The translations under genes were made by a program, and so were the position numbers. Below are positions 20,844 to 30,721 of a stretch of DNA of 64,000 bases, piece by piece (the stretch's first letter is position 1; every line of letters starts with the position of its first letter). The DNA is from Methanomethylovorans hollandica DSM 15978 (GTDB lineage Archaea > Halobacteriota > Methanosarcinia > Methanosarcinales > Methanosarcinaceae). The notes below the pieces were generated by a model that was not told the origin of the DNA, searched no databases, and saw only the letters and a program-made list of their open reading frames with translations. The stretch is from NCBI RefSeq assembly GCF_000328665.1, contig NC_019977.1, positions 992,001-1,056,000 on the forward strand, given 5' to 3'.

Positions 20844-21779
20844 ATGTTCACTATTTACAGATCTATAGACAACGAGATAATAAGCCTCGATAAAATTGAA
20901 AAGGGAGCATGGGTAAATATCGTGGATCCCACTGAAGAAGAGATCGTCTATGTTTCTGAGAATCTTAAGATCCCTATAGAGTACCTCAAAGCTGCTTTGG
21001 ACGAAGAGGAGCGTGCCAGGATCGAAGTGGACGAAGAATGCACCATTGTGCTGATAGATATTCCTGTGGCGAGCAAGGATGCGGCAGAAAGAGGGATCTA
21101 CTATACCATACCCCTCGGGATCATAATAAATAATGAGAACATTGTAACTGTTTCTTTGAGAGAGAACCTGGTTATAAAACCATTCTTAGAAAATACGGTC
21201 AAGTATTGCTGGACGTTTAAAAAGACACGTTTCTTATTACAGATACTTTACCGCAACTCCATAGTTTACCTTCAGTATCTGCGAAATATAGACAAGACAA
21301 GTGACGTTATTGAAAGCCGGCTACACAGATCCCTGAAGAATGAGGAGTTGATTCAGCTCTTAGAACTTGAAAAGAGTCTGGTCTATTTTTCAACTTCCTT
21401 AAAAAGCAATGAGATCGTCCTTGAGAAGATCCAGAGAGCAAATCTAATAAAAATGTATCCTGATGACATGGAACTGCTAGAAGATGTCATCATAGAGAAT
21501 AAGCAGGCCATAGAGATGGCTAATATTTACAGTAACATTCTCACCGGCACTATGGATGCCTATGCTTCCGTGATCTCCAACAACCTCAACATGGTACTGA
21601 AATTCCTGACTTCTGTTACGATAATTATATCGATCCCAACAATGGTTGCAAGTTTTTTTGGTATGAATGTACATGTCCCCTTCGAAAACAATCTACATGC
21701 ATTTGTAATAATATTCATAATATCAACCTTGTTCTCTGTGATTTTAGCAGTTGTCATGTTCCGAAAAGAACTGTTCTAA
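20844..21779 (+). CDS. corA: CorA-family Mg2+/Co2+ transporter
   Basis: FFGMN signature with two C-terminal TM helices; GGAGGTG RBS before ATG 20844. Confidence 0.93.
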   Translation: MFTIYRSIDNEIISLDKIEKGAWVNIVDPTEEEIVYVSENLKIPIEYLKAALDEEERARIEVDEECTIVLIDIPVASKDAAERGIYYTIPLGIIINNENIVTVSLRENLVIKPFLENTVKYCWTFKKTRFLLQILYRNSIVYLQYLRNIDKTSDVIESRLHRSLKNEELIQLLELEKSLVYFSTSLKSNEIVLEKIQRANLIKMYPDDMELLEDVIIENKQAIEMANIYSNILTGTMDAYASVISNNLNMVLKFLTSVTIIISIPTMVASFFGMNVHVPFENNLHAFVIIFIISTLFSVILAVVMFRKELF

Positions 21780-21815
21780 AAAGTATATTCAAAACAGAAT
21801 ATAGATGAGTATTCC

Positions 21816-21952
21816 GATAAATCTCTTTTATGATCGATCTGCACAACCTTTTATCAACGCTAAGGTGTTAAGAAGTAAATAACAAGCTTCGCGTCTTTAC
21901 GTTGAAAATTAATTGCATTAAGAAATAAATAAGAATCAAAACAATAGCAGAG
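21816..21952 (+). repeat. Degenerate copy of the palindromic repeat, inverted relative to 62765-62948
   Basis: Shares TGATCGATC, TTTTATCAA and ATTAAGAAATAAATAAG (exact 17-mer, 21917-21933 vs reverse complement of 62783-62799) in the same order. Confidence 0.75.
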
Positions 21953-22032
21953 CGAGTTCTGATATACTAAAGCGTCTTATTAAAAGGATTGGTGCTGAAT
22001 TACAGTCCGGCTTCAGCATTGTTTGTAGCTTA

Positions 22033-22539
22033 TCAGCAGTACACTACCTTTGAAGGTGCATCTTCCATTACCACTTTTGTGATATCAAGAAGTATCAGCA
22101 TCCTATCTTCCAGTTTAGCAACGCTTTTTAAATAGTTGGCATTGATCTTACCGGAGATTATTTCAGGAACCGGCTCAAGCGTAGATAAAGGCAGTCTCAG
22201 GACCTCACTTACTGAATCCACTACAATGCCCACAACATTTTCATCTACTTCCGCTACTATGATACGGGAATTATCATCATGTACCTTTTGCTCCATACCG
22301 AACCTTGTATCCAGGTTAACTACAGTTATGATCTTGCCCCTTAAGTTGATGACACCTTTTACATAATCCGGAGAGTGCGGGATACGTGTAATATCGGGTA
22401 TGCGGATGATCTCCTGTACCTGCATGATGTCAAGTCCGAATTCTTCTTCACCGAGCTGGAATATCACAAGCTGCAACAGTTCTTCCGAACGTGTTTCTTT
22501 TTTAAGTCCTGTTTCTTTTTTCCGTGCTGATTCTGCCAT
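22033..22539 (-). CDS. cheW: Chemotaxis coupling protein CheW (orphan)
   Basis: LVIFQLGEEEFG, VQEII, GVINLRG, GIVVDSVSEV. Confidence 0.92.
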   Translation of the reverse strand: MAESARKKETGLKKETRSEELLQLVIFQLGEEEFGLDIMQVQEIIRIPDITRIPHSPDYVKGVINLRGKIITVVNLDTRFGMEQKVHDDNSRIIVAEVDENVVGIVVDSVSEVLRLPLSTLEPVPEIISGKINANYLKSVAKLEDRMLILLDITKVVMEDAPSKVVYC

Positions 22540-22825
22540 GAAGATACCTCAAAAGATTTAACAAGCATTATACTCACAGAATATATTTAAACATTATTAT
22601 TTTAATAAATTGTATTTAATTAACTATACATAAAGAATGCCTGCTGATGTAAACGGAAAACAAGATAAAAAAATGCTTTTTGACCAATGTTTTTAAAATC
22701 TATGTATAAATATGTATGTATATATACATGCATATTTATATGTGCGCATGCATGTAAATCTCTCTAAAGCAAAGCCAAAAATTAAAAAGAAGTGTTGGAC
22801 CCACAAGAGCCCAAAAACAGCAAAT

Positions 22826-23251
22826 TCATGCTTCAATGATCTTAATACTAAAGGTCAGGGCCTGTCCGGCAAGCGGATGATTCACATCTATAATGATCGT
22901 TTCCTCTGTCAGCTCAGTTATCATTGCAGGCATTTCCTGACCATCAGTAGTTCCTAGCATAATAATCATGCCGACCTCGATCTCTGTATCAGACTGAAGT
23001 GCTGATCTTGGGAATGTCTGTATGAGATTCGGATCGTGTGCACCATAGGCTTCACTAGCTTCTATCCTGAAGGTTTTTTCCTCCCCCACTTCCATGCCTC
23101 GTACTGCATCTTCGAAACCCGGTATGACCTGTCGTGCTCCCACGGTGAATTCAAGAGGTTCGCCATGGTCTTCAGAACTATCAAAAACAGTACCGTCATC
23201 CAGTGTACCAGTATAATCTATCTTTATGGTATCTCCATCTTTTATTGCCAA
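22826..23251 (-). CDS. FKBP-type peptidyl-prolyl isomerase (SlyD-like, no His-rich tail)
   Basis: YTGTLDDGTVFDSS, IPGFEDA, DVNHPLAG; TTG start at 23251 or 23260. Confidence 0.9.
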   Translation of the reverse strand: MAIKDGDTIKIDYTGTLDDGTVFDSSEDHGEPLEFTVGARQVIPGFEDAVRGMEVGEEKTFRIEASEAYGAHDPNLIQTFPRSALQSDTEIEVGMIIMLGTTDGQEMPAMITELTEETIIIDVNHPLAGQALTFSIKIIEA

Positions 23252-23373
23252 AAATATCAACTCTGTGTATGCATTTGAAAATTGCCTTATGTAGCATAAA
23301 TGAATGATCGATTAAAAAAGAGGTTCATCGAAATCCTCTGAATTGTCAAATAATTGCTTCGCATTGCAATTTA

Positions 23374-24015
23374 TCAGAGACCTTTCAATATCTCCCCGTA
23401 GTTTTCCAGACGCTGCTGTCCTTTTTCCTGTGACTGGCTGTTCACAGAGAACATTATGTACGAAGGTAATACCTCAAGACCAACATACTCAAAAATACAA
23501 TGAGTGATGTATTTTAAAAGTGTATGGATATCCCCATGTGACCCGCCTTCCGAATACGTGTTCTCATCAGCTCCGGTGGTAATTGTCATCATGACCTTCT
23601 TGCCTTTTAATAGACCATTTTCATAGACACCCTGAGTGATGGGGTCAAATGCAAAGCCTGCTGTAAAGATCCTGTCGAGCCAGCCTTTCATGATGGCAGG
23701 CATACCAGTGAAGTAGATCGGGAACTGGAATATGAGCAGATCAGCCCATTTTACCTTATCCATCTCTTCCATTATATCCGCCACAAAAGTACCTGTCTTA
23801 GTAGCATTGATCTGCTCAGGAAAAAGAGCCAGTTTTTCAGGCTTTTTCCTTTGCATGAAGTCATTGGCATCAAGCACAGGCTTGAAGTGCATGGCATAGA
23901 GATCGCTGACCTTAACATTGTGACCGGTCTTTTCAAATGTTTCCACAGCAACAGCCTTCAGAGCTGCGTTAAACGATGCAGGTTCCTGGTGTGCATAAAT
24001 ATAAAGTACATTCAT
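23374..24015 (-). CDS. NAD(P)H:quinone oxidoreductase, flavodoxin_2 (NQO/MdaB/KefF) family
   Basis: YAHQEPASFN, SDLYAM.F.P, FQFPIYF..PAIMKGWLDR, TTGA. Confidence 0.88.
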   Translation of the reverse strand: MNVLYIYAHQEPASFNAALKAVAVETFEKTGHNVKVSDLYAMHFKPVLDANDFMQRKKPEKLALFPEQINATKTGTFVADIMEEMDKVKWADLLIFQFPIYFTGMPAIMKGWLDRIFTAGFAFDPITQGVYENGLLKGKKVMMTITTGADENTYSEGGSHGDIHTLLKYITHCIFEYVGLEVLPSYIMFSVNSQSQEKGQQRLENYGEILKGL

Positions 24016-24132
24016 ATTGATCTTATATCCTTTATGAGGTAGTACTATATGAGAATAGTCCTCCATCAAAGTTCAAATAATCAAAAGGCCTGCACATCAG
24101 TAAGTAGAAGTATAAAAAGACAAAAAAATAAG

Positions 24133-24159
24133 AATGCCACTCTTATCCAAGAGGGCATT
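24133..24159 (-). terminator. Hairpin plus U-rich tract after mtbP
   Basis: AATGCC(A)CTCTT-ATCC-AAGAG-GGCATT stem followed on the minus strand by T-runs. Confidence 0.55.
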
Positions 24160-24180
24160 TTCGTGCAATGTGATCTCACA

Positions 24181-25641
24181 TCAGGCTTTGTTTTTGGCTA
24201 CATGCACTTCGTGCTGAGAGTATAACCACAGTGGAATGTACAGACTCAGCACAATGAAACCTACAATTGTAGAGGTCCAGCCGATCTCAAGGCTGTTGAG
24301 ATAGACAATACCAATAAGACACAGAGGCAGGTTGAAAAGACCAAAGAGCAGTGCAACGTTCTTCCAGCCGGATGGAGCCTTGAAAGGCCTGTCCAGAGCA
24401 GCAAGTCGTGGGTTTGACTTAGCCTTAAAGTATGCAAACAGGCTGATACCGTTGGCACAGACATATCCGATAGCAGATGCCGCCAGAATGGCAGTAGGTG
24501 TTCCAAAAGATATGAGACCCAGGTTGAACAGAGCTATCACGACCATAGCAACTATAGGAGTACCATTAGCATTGATCTTACCAAAAACACGTGGCAGGTT
24601 GCCTTCAGTTGCCATGGAGTGCATAGCCCTTGCAGACCCCAGGAAAGCTGTCTGGATGATCAGAACCATTGCTGCCACAAGCATGATAATGGCTATGTAT
24701 GTACCAACAGTGCCCAATGCGGCCTGAGCCAGCGGCAACATGGGAGAAACAGGTTGTGCAAGCACTCCTTCCACACCCAGCGTCCCTGTAACCGCTGTCT
24801 GGACAAGAATATAGGTGAACAGACAGACTGCACCACAACTGAACAAAGCCTTAGGAACATCAGAACCTGGTTTCTTATATTCAGGACCATATATGGCCGC
24901 TGTTTCCCACGCGCATGCACTCCACTGTGCCATTGCGAAAATACCCAGCAGGATCAGTATATGATGTAAATCCCAGGCCCAGTCCGCTGGGAACCATGAG
25001 CCAGTAATGTTGGACAGTACAAAATCACCGGTTGCAAAGGGAGATAATGTGATTATTGCCAGTGGTGCAAGGGACAGGAAAGCAAGTATATAACCCATAG
25101 TTGCACCACTTGAAAGCCCTCTGGAATTAATTAAAAGCAGAGTTGAATATATCACAACACCTGCAGCAAGAGACAAACTGTATGCTGAATACCCGGAAAG
25201 TGCAGGGATCAGACCCTGAAGATAACTTCCCACAAGGATTGCAAAAATAGCGAGCACAGGGTTCCATGCGAACCAGTAGCTCCATGCACTGAAGCCTCCT
25301 ATGAGATTACCTTTGTCGTATTTTGATTTGCCATCGCCTTTAAATACATTCTGGGCAAATCCGGGAAGTCCGGAAGCATTAGGGAAGGTTGTGGCAAGTT
25401 CTCCGTAGGCAAGATTCTGCATAAAACCCTGGAACACGGAAAGACCCCACACAATAATTGCAAATGAGTATAGATAACTTGCAAAATAACCTATAGATGG
25501 TAATATAAGGAGAGGTACACCAATAGCAATAGCAAGACCCTGTTTCCAGTCAATGGTTCGTTCCAGGCTGCCGCCTTCACACACGACCTTGGAACATTGA
25601 GCTGCTTGTTGCCAGTCAACTCCTTCTTCTTTAGAAGCCAT
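24181..25641 (-). CDS. mtbP: Dimethylamine permease (APC family)
   Basis: Multi-TM APC permease (ERTIDWKQGLAIAIGVP) directly downstream of mtbB. Confidence 0.85.
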   Translation of the reverse strand: MASKEEGVDWQQAAQCSKVVCEGGSLERTIDWKQGLAIAIGVPLLILPSIGYFASYLYSFAIIVWGLSVFQGFMQNLAYGELATTFPNASGLPGFAQNVFKGDGKSKYDKGNLIGGFSAWSYWFAWNPVLAIFAILVGSYLQGLIPALSGYSAYSLSLAAGVVIYSTLLLINSRGLSSGATMGYILAFLSLAPLAIITLSPFATGDFVLSNITGSWFPADWAWDLHHILILLGIFAMAQWSACAWETAAIYGPEYKKPGSDVPKALFSCGAVCLFTYILVQTAVTGTLGVEGVLAQPVSPMLPLAQAALGTVGTYIAIIMLVAAMVLIIQTAFLGSARAMHSMATEGNLPRVFGKINANGTPIVAMVVIALFNLGLISFGTPTAILAASAIGYVCANGISLFAYFKAKSNPRLAALDRPFKAPSGWKNVALLFGLFNLPLCLIGIVYLNSLEIGWTSTIVGFIVLSLYIPLWLYSQHEVHVAKNKA

Positions 25642-25759
25642 AATTATCACTCCTTCATTATTATAACTACTCTACTTAGCTAATTCTATTGAATCTCTAT
25701 GAGAGAAGTCGGGCCGTTCCCCTGCACCGCAAGTTCCCGGCCCCGCGACTTAAACTAAG

Positions 25760-27160
25760 TTATCTCAGCTTACCTCTGAACTTCTCACAGCAGTTGATCT
25801 TGATATCAAGCAGCTTTTCGATGTTCATCTTTGCAGCAATTCCCTTGGGGGCACCTGCAACGGATGTTATGACACCGATACCGAGCTCTTCCCTGAGATC
25901 TCTCATGACATACTCGTCAGAAAGATCCATTGTGGAAACTCCCAGTTTCTTAGCCACATAGTCCTTTGCATCGTTAAGCCTCATGTTCTTGGAGAATTCC
26001 ATCCTTGCCACAAGGTCACCAGCTGCCCTGATACCGCTCATACCGGAGGTCATTATGTGAGTGATCGGCATACCCATCGGGTCGCCGACCCCTATCTATA
26101 TACCATCCACGCCAGCAATTTCCACCATGGCCTTGCTGGCCCTGGAAACTGCATCAATGGTCGGGGTCTCAAGCATTGGGATACCACCCACACCCATACC
26201 CATGTTAACATGACATGGTATTGGTGATACCTTCACAGCCTCTTTTACAAAAGTGACTGCCCTGGCGAGGTTCCAGGCTGAGGATTTGCTGGTGTTTGTG
26301 TTCACCACAGGTCCGAATACATTGGCACCTGCCTTTGCTGCCAGAGGAGCCTGCTGGTGTGGCCACAGACCTGCGAGTGTGGTGTTATCATACTGCAGCT
26401 CACCGTGCATACCCAGTACAAGTTCGCCTGCCATACCCACTTCAATATACATGTCAGGATACTGTTTTCTCAAGGCTTCCACTGCCCTCAGGGTTGCGAA
26501 CATGTCACCATCGCCGGCTGCACCGGTAGTATCAAAGTTAGCACCATCTGCACCCGCGAACATCATCTTCTGCATGATCCAGACTATGTCTCTGGTCAGA
26601 TGATCAGCAGCGTGCTCCATAGATGCCTGGGCCTCAGTGATCTTGAATGCCTTCATCAGGTCACCAGGGTTCTCGAAAGGACCATCAGGAGTGTAGTACA
26701 GGCCCATGTTAGGCATAGCACCGTAGAACAGAGGTACTATCATGTTCTGCTGGCATACTTCCATTGCCTGCTGTTCCTGTGAGATGACAGGCTTCACTGG
26801 CTTATAGCTGTAGTCTATGTGACCAAGTTCCATGGTGTCTGCGCCCATGGCCCTCTCGTGTATCATACACCCTGCAAGCCTGCTTGTGGGGATACCCACA
26901 CCGCTGTTACCCTGATCACCATCAAGCCTGATGGTGCCTATGTCATGGGTTACTGGTACTTCTTTACCTGGCTCTACACCGACCATTCTGGCAGGCATCA
27001 TCAGGATCTCGGCCAGCTTGTCCAGCTCATTGCCGGTCAGTGCTGGAATACTTCCCAGGTCTGCAGCATCTGCAGTACCTGCTTCCAGATCGGCTCGGAT
27101 CTGTTCCTTCGTAAGGAAGATCCTCTTACCGTCTCCCATCCTCAAAGCATATTCTGTCAT
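25760..27160 (-). CDS. mtbB: Dimethylamine:corrinoid methyltransferase, 466 aa, pyrrolysine at in-frame TAG 26096-26098 (residue 355)
   Basis: ORFs 26096-27160 and 25760-26077 share a frame: ...[19 protein letters not shown]...; [12 protein letters not shown]-terminus typical of MtbB. Confidence 0.97.
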
Positions 27161-27171
27161 TTATATCACCT

Positions 27172-27816
27172 TTAAAGCAGAAGCTCTTTTGCCCTTGTAA
27201 CGGCTTCGCTTGCATTTTCTGCATAGCAGTCAGCGCCTATCTTATCGGCCCATGTCTGGGTTGCCGGTGCACCGCCTACCATGACCTTGATCTTGTCCCT
27301 CATGCCCTGTTCCTTGAGCATCTCGATGACATCCTTCTGACCTGCCAGCGTGGTGGTCATCAGAGCGGAAAGACCTATCATCTGGGCGTTGGTTTCCTTG
27401 GCCTTGTCAATAAAGTTCTGCAAAGGTACGTCCCTGCCGATGTCATGTACTTCAAAACCTGCAGATTGCAGCATGGTGGACACAATGGACTTGCCAATGT
27501 CATGCACGTCACCCTCAACGGTACCGTTGACGATAACGCCCAGTTTCTTGGAAGCTTCTCCCTTAGGCATGTCGGCTTCCAGGAGATTGACGCCTTCCTG
27601 CATAGCACCTGCAGCCATCATAACGTGGGGTAAGAACAGTTTACCTCTCTCGAACATGACACCCACTTCGTTCATACCTGCTGCAAGACCCTTTTCTATG
27701 ATCTCAGCAGGTGCAATACCCTGGCCTTTTGCCTTGCTTACAGCAGCGACCACAACATCCTTTTTACAGGAAATTATAGCATCTGCTAATTCCTTGAACA
27801 TTTCTTCTTTGCTCAT
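27172..27816 (-). CDS. mtbC: Dimethylamine corrinoid protein
   Basis: DVHDIGK B12-binding motif, SALMTTT, VGGAP; immediately upstream of mtbB. Confidence 0.95.
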   Translation of the reverse strand: MSKEEMFKELADAIISCKKDVVVAAVSKAKGQGIAPAEIIEKGLAAGMNEVGVMFERGKLFLPHVMMAAGAMQEGVNLLEADMPKGEASKKLGVIVNGTVEGDVHDIGKSIVSTMLQSAGFEVHDIGRDVPLQNFIDKAKETNAQMIGLSALMTTTLAGQKDVIEMLKEQGMRDKIKVMVGGAPATQTWADKIGADCYAENASEAVTRAKELLL

Positions 27817-28145
27817 CTTAAACCTCCTCTTTTAACTTAACCCAGCTTATTTGAAAGTTGGTCAGCATGGTTAACAAGCTAGAATTTATGTATGCTAAGA
27901 GGCGCTATATATCCTAAATTCAAGTCAATATATCTTTAATGATATAATATTTAACTTATAGCATAATATCATATTAATAAGTAATTACTATGCTGTTGTT
28001 ATAATATTACAATACCATTGCAACCTTCGCTGTAGTTTATTATAAGAATTAAACAAAGATACTTACTAAGGCCTTTGTACTGTATTTACAATAATGTTGT
28101 GATATTGCATTACTTTATTTCATATTTCAAGTTGGACAGCAAAAG

Positions 28146-30200
28146 GTGTTACACTCCATGAGATGGAAAAATGTTTCTCTAACGGTAAAACTAATCTTTT
28201 ATATGGTTATGGGCGTACTGCTAGTGCTTGCCAGCACAACTGCGATGATAATTTCCACGGTAACCACTCAGGAGAAGGCTCTTGCATATCAGCAGGCTAT
28301 TGAAATGGCTAGAAGTTATGCCAACGAGTTCAACGGGGATATGGAAGCTAACCAGGCTATTGGAAAAACAATAGCTACTTCCATGAGTAATTATGAGTCT
28401 TCCGATAGGGATGAAGTGAACAATATGCTTTATGCTATATTGGTCGCTCACCCCACATTGATGGGCACATATGTGGCATATGAGCCCAATGCTTTTGATG
28501 GGAACGATGAACTGTATGTAAATGTGTCAGGACATGATGCAACCGGTCGGTTCATACCGTACTGGAACAAGATGAATGGTACAATTAAGATTGATCCACT
28601 TCTATATTACGATACCTCTGATTATTACCAGTTGCCAAAGAAGTTGCAGGCAGATGTGCTTACTGAGCCTTATTACTATGAGGGCGCGTTCATAGTAAGC
28701 TATGCTTCTCCCATAATGAAAAACGACACCTTCATAGGTATTGGTGGCGTTGATGTTTCATTATACTATCTTGATGATATCCTGAGCAATGTCAAAGCCT
28801 TTGATACTGGCTATGCTTTCATGACCAGTAATTCAGGCATGCTTTTATCCTACCCATATAACAAGCAATGGATAGGCAATAAGACATTGTATGATTTTGA
28901 GATAGATAATTTCTCACATGCTGCAGATGATATTAGAATGGGTAAAAGCGGACATGTAGAAACCATAGACCCGAACACAGGCAAAAGAGTGGTAATGTTC
29001 TATGAGCCCATAAGGACAGGTAATTTCTCTTTTGTACTGGTGGTCCCAAAGGACGAGATCTTCGCTGGAGTAATGGCCCTGAGAACAAAACTGTTGTTCA
29101 TTTCCATGGCTGCTGTCATTTTCATGGCTGCAATAGCATATCTTATAGCCCTTTCAGTGACAAGGCCCATCAAACAGATAGTGGCAGGCTTCAAAATGAT
29201 CTCTAAAGATGCCGTTAAAGGCAAGCTTGACACAAGGGCAAGCAGTGATGTGGAAATAGATTTCAGGGAAATACCACGTGGTCTCAACGAGATCCTGGAT
29301 GCTGTCATAACGCCTGTAAGAGATACTATAAGAGTGACAAATGCCCTTGCTAAGGGAGAGCTTGAAACGAGGTCTAAACTGGATGTCCAGGGAGAATTCA
29401 AACAGCTTGCGGATACGCTGGATGATTTTGCCGAATCCCTGGATACAATGATCAAAGATTCAAATGCCGTACTCACTGCAGTGCAGAATAATGATTTCTC
29501 ACATGAGGTACAGGTACACGGAGAAGGAGATTTCAGGATCCTAACGGAAGGCATTGACAGGACACGTGAAACCCTGGACCATATGATGGCTGAACGTAAG
29601 CAGATAGAGCAGATCCGTAAAAAAGAGATACACCACCGTATAAAGAACAACCTGCAAGTCATCTCAAGCCTGCTTGATCTGGAATCCGATAAATTTCAGG
29701 ACCCTTTGGTTATAGAAGCTTTCAGGAACAGCCAAAGCCGGGTAATATCAATGGCTTTGGTACACGAAGAACTATACAGGTCTGAAGACATGGAGAGCAT
29801 TGATTTTTCTGATTATATCCTCAAGCTTGTAAATGACCTTTCACGCTCCTACAGAACGGATAATCGGAAGGTCAATATCAGAACGCGCATAGAGAATGTT
29901 TTTCTGGATATGGATGTAGCCATACCTCTGGGTATGATAGTGAACGAGTTGGTATCCAATTCTTTCAAACATGCTTTCGGACCAGAGGATACAGGAGATA
30001 TTCTCATTGATCTGAGCTGTGACAGGAAAAAGTTCACATTGGTGATATGTGACAACGGTAAGGGTTTCCCCGAAGATGTTAATTTCAGAGAGACCGAATC
30101 ATTGGGATTACAGCTTGTGACCACACTAGTGGATCAGATAGACGGAACCATTGAACTTGAAAGGAATGATGGTACGAGGTTTACAATAAATTTCAAATGA
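28146..30200 (+). CDS. Membrane sensor kinase: TM-dCache_1-TM-HAMP repeats-HisKA_2-HATPase
   Basis: Two TM segments around a YEPNAFDG/TGRFIPYW/EPYYY/GIGGVD Cache domain; EIHHRIKNNLQ, NELVSNSFKH, DNGKG, SLGL. Confidence 0.9.
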   Translation: MLHSMRWKNVSLTVKLIFYMVMGVLLVLASTTAMIISTVTTQEKALAYQQAIEMARSYANEFNGDMEANQAIGKTIATSMSNYESSDRDEVNNMLYAILVAHPTLMGTYVAYEPNAFDGNDELYVNVSGHDATGRFIPYWNKMNGTIKIDPLLYYDTSDYYQLPKKLQADVLTEPYYYEGAFIVSYASPIMKNDTFIGIGGVDVSLYYLDDILSNVKAFDTGYAFMTSNSGMLLSYPYNKQWIGNKTLYDFEIDNFSHAADDIRMGKSGHVETIDPNTGKRVVMFYEPIRTGNFSFVLVVPKDEIFAGVMALRTKLLFISMAAVIFMAAIAYLIALSVTRPIKQIVAGFKMISKDAVKGKLDTRASSDVEIDFREIPRGLNEILDAVITPVRDTIRVTNALAKGELETRSKLDVQGEFKQLADTLDDFAESLDTMIKDSNAVLTAVQNNDFSHEVQVHGEGDFRILTEGIDRTRETLDHMMAERKQIEQIRKKEIHHRIKNNLQVISSLLDLESDKFQDPLVIEAFRNSQSRVISMALVHEELYRSEDMESIDFSDYILKLVNDLSRSYRTDNRKVNIRTRIENVFLDMDVAIPLGMIVNELVSNSFKHAFGPEDTGDILIDLSCDRKKFTLVICDNGKGFPEDVNFRETESLGLQLVTTLVDQIDGTIELERNDGTRFTINFK

Positions 30201-30209
30201 ATGAAATAG

Positions 30210-30641
30210 GTGAATTCAGTGGACGAAATAAAGATACTGGTAGTAGAGGACGAGAATATAATCGCTCTGAATATAAAGAAAAAACTTAAAAGTTTTGGTT
30301 ATGAAATTCCTGCCATTGCCTCTACAGGAGAAGAAGCTGTCAAAATGGCTGAGATCATTTTACCGGACCTAATCCTCATGGATATAATGCTGAAAGGGGA
30401 TATGGATGGAGTGGAAGCTGCAAAAGAAATAAGGAAACATTTTGACATCCCTATCATCTATCTGACAGCTTACTCAGATGATAAGGTATTGGAAAGAGCA
30501 AAGATAACTGAACCCTATGCTTACATTGTGAAACCCTTCAAGGCTAATGACCTGCGTTCCAACATCGAGATGACTCTTTATAGGCATAGTGTAGAGAAGG
30601 AGGACAAAAGGAAAAAAGCTTCTTTAGAAGGAAGGATATAG
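30210..30641 (+). CDS. Stand-alone response regulator receiver (ends in TAG)
   Basis: VVEDE, LILMDI (phosphoacceptor), LTA, KPF. Confidence 0.93.
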   Translation: MNSVDEIKILVVEDENIIALNIKKKLKSFGYEIPAIASTGEEAVKMAEIILPDLILMDIMLKGDMDGVEAAKEIRKHFDIPIIYLTAYSDDKVLERAKITEPYAYIVKPFKANDLRSNIEMTLYRHSVEKEDKRKKASLEGRI

Positions 30642-30721
30642 ACAAATGTTTCCTTTTGTTCCATCCAACATTTATACTGAGAATAGTACATAAGTATTCT
30701 AATAGAAATAGTGAGGGATAA

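Noticed and set aside
25760..26077. Separate 105-aa gene, or mtbB as a nonsense pseudogene
   Set aside because: It is the post-pyrrolysine C-terminus of MtbB
26000..26095. PYLIS hairpin after the amber codon
   Set aside because: I could not fold a convincing structure by eye, and such elements are not required for Pyl insertion
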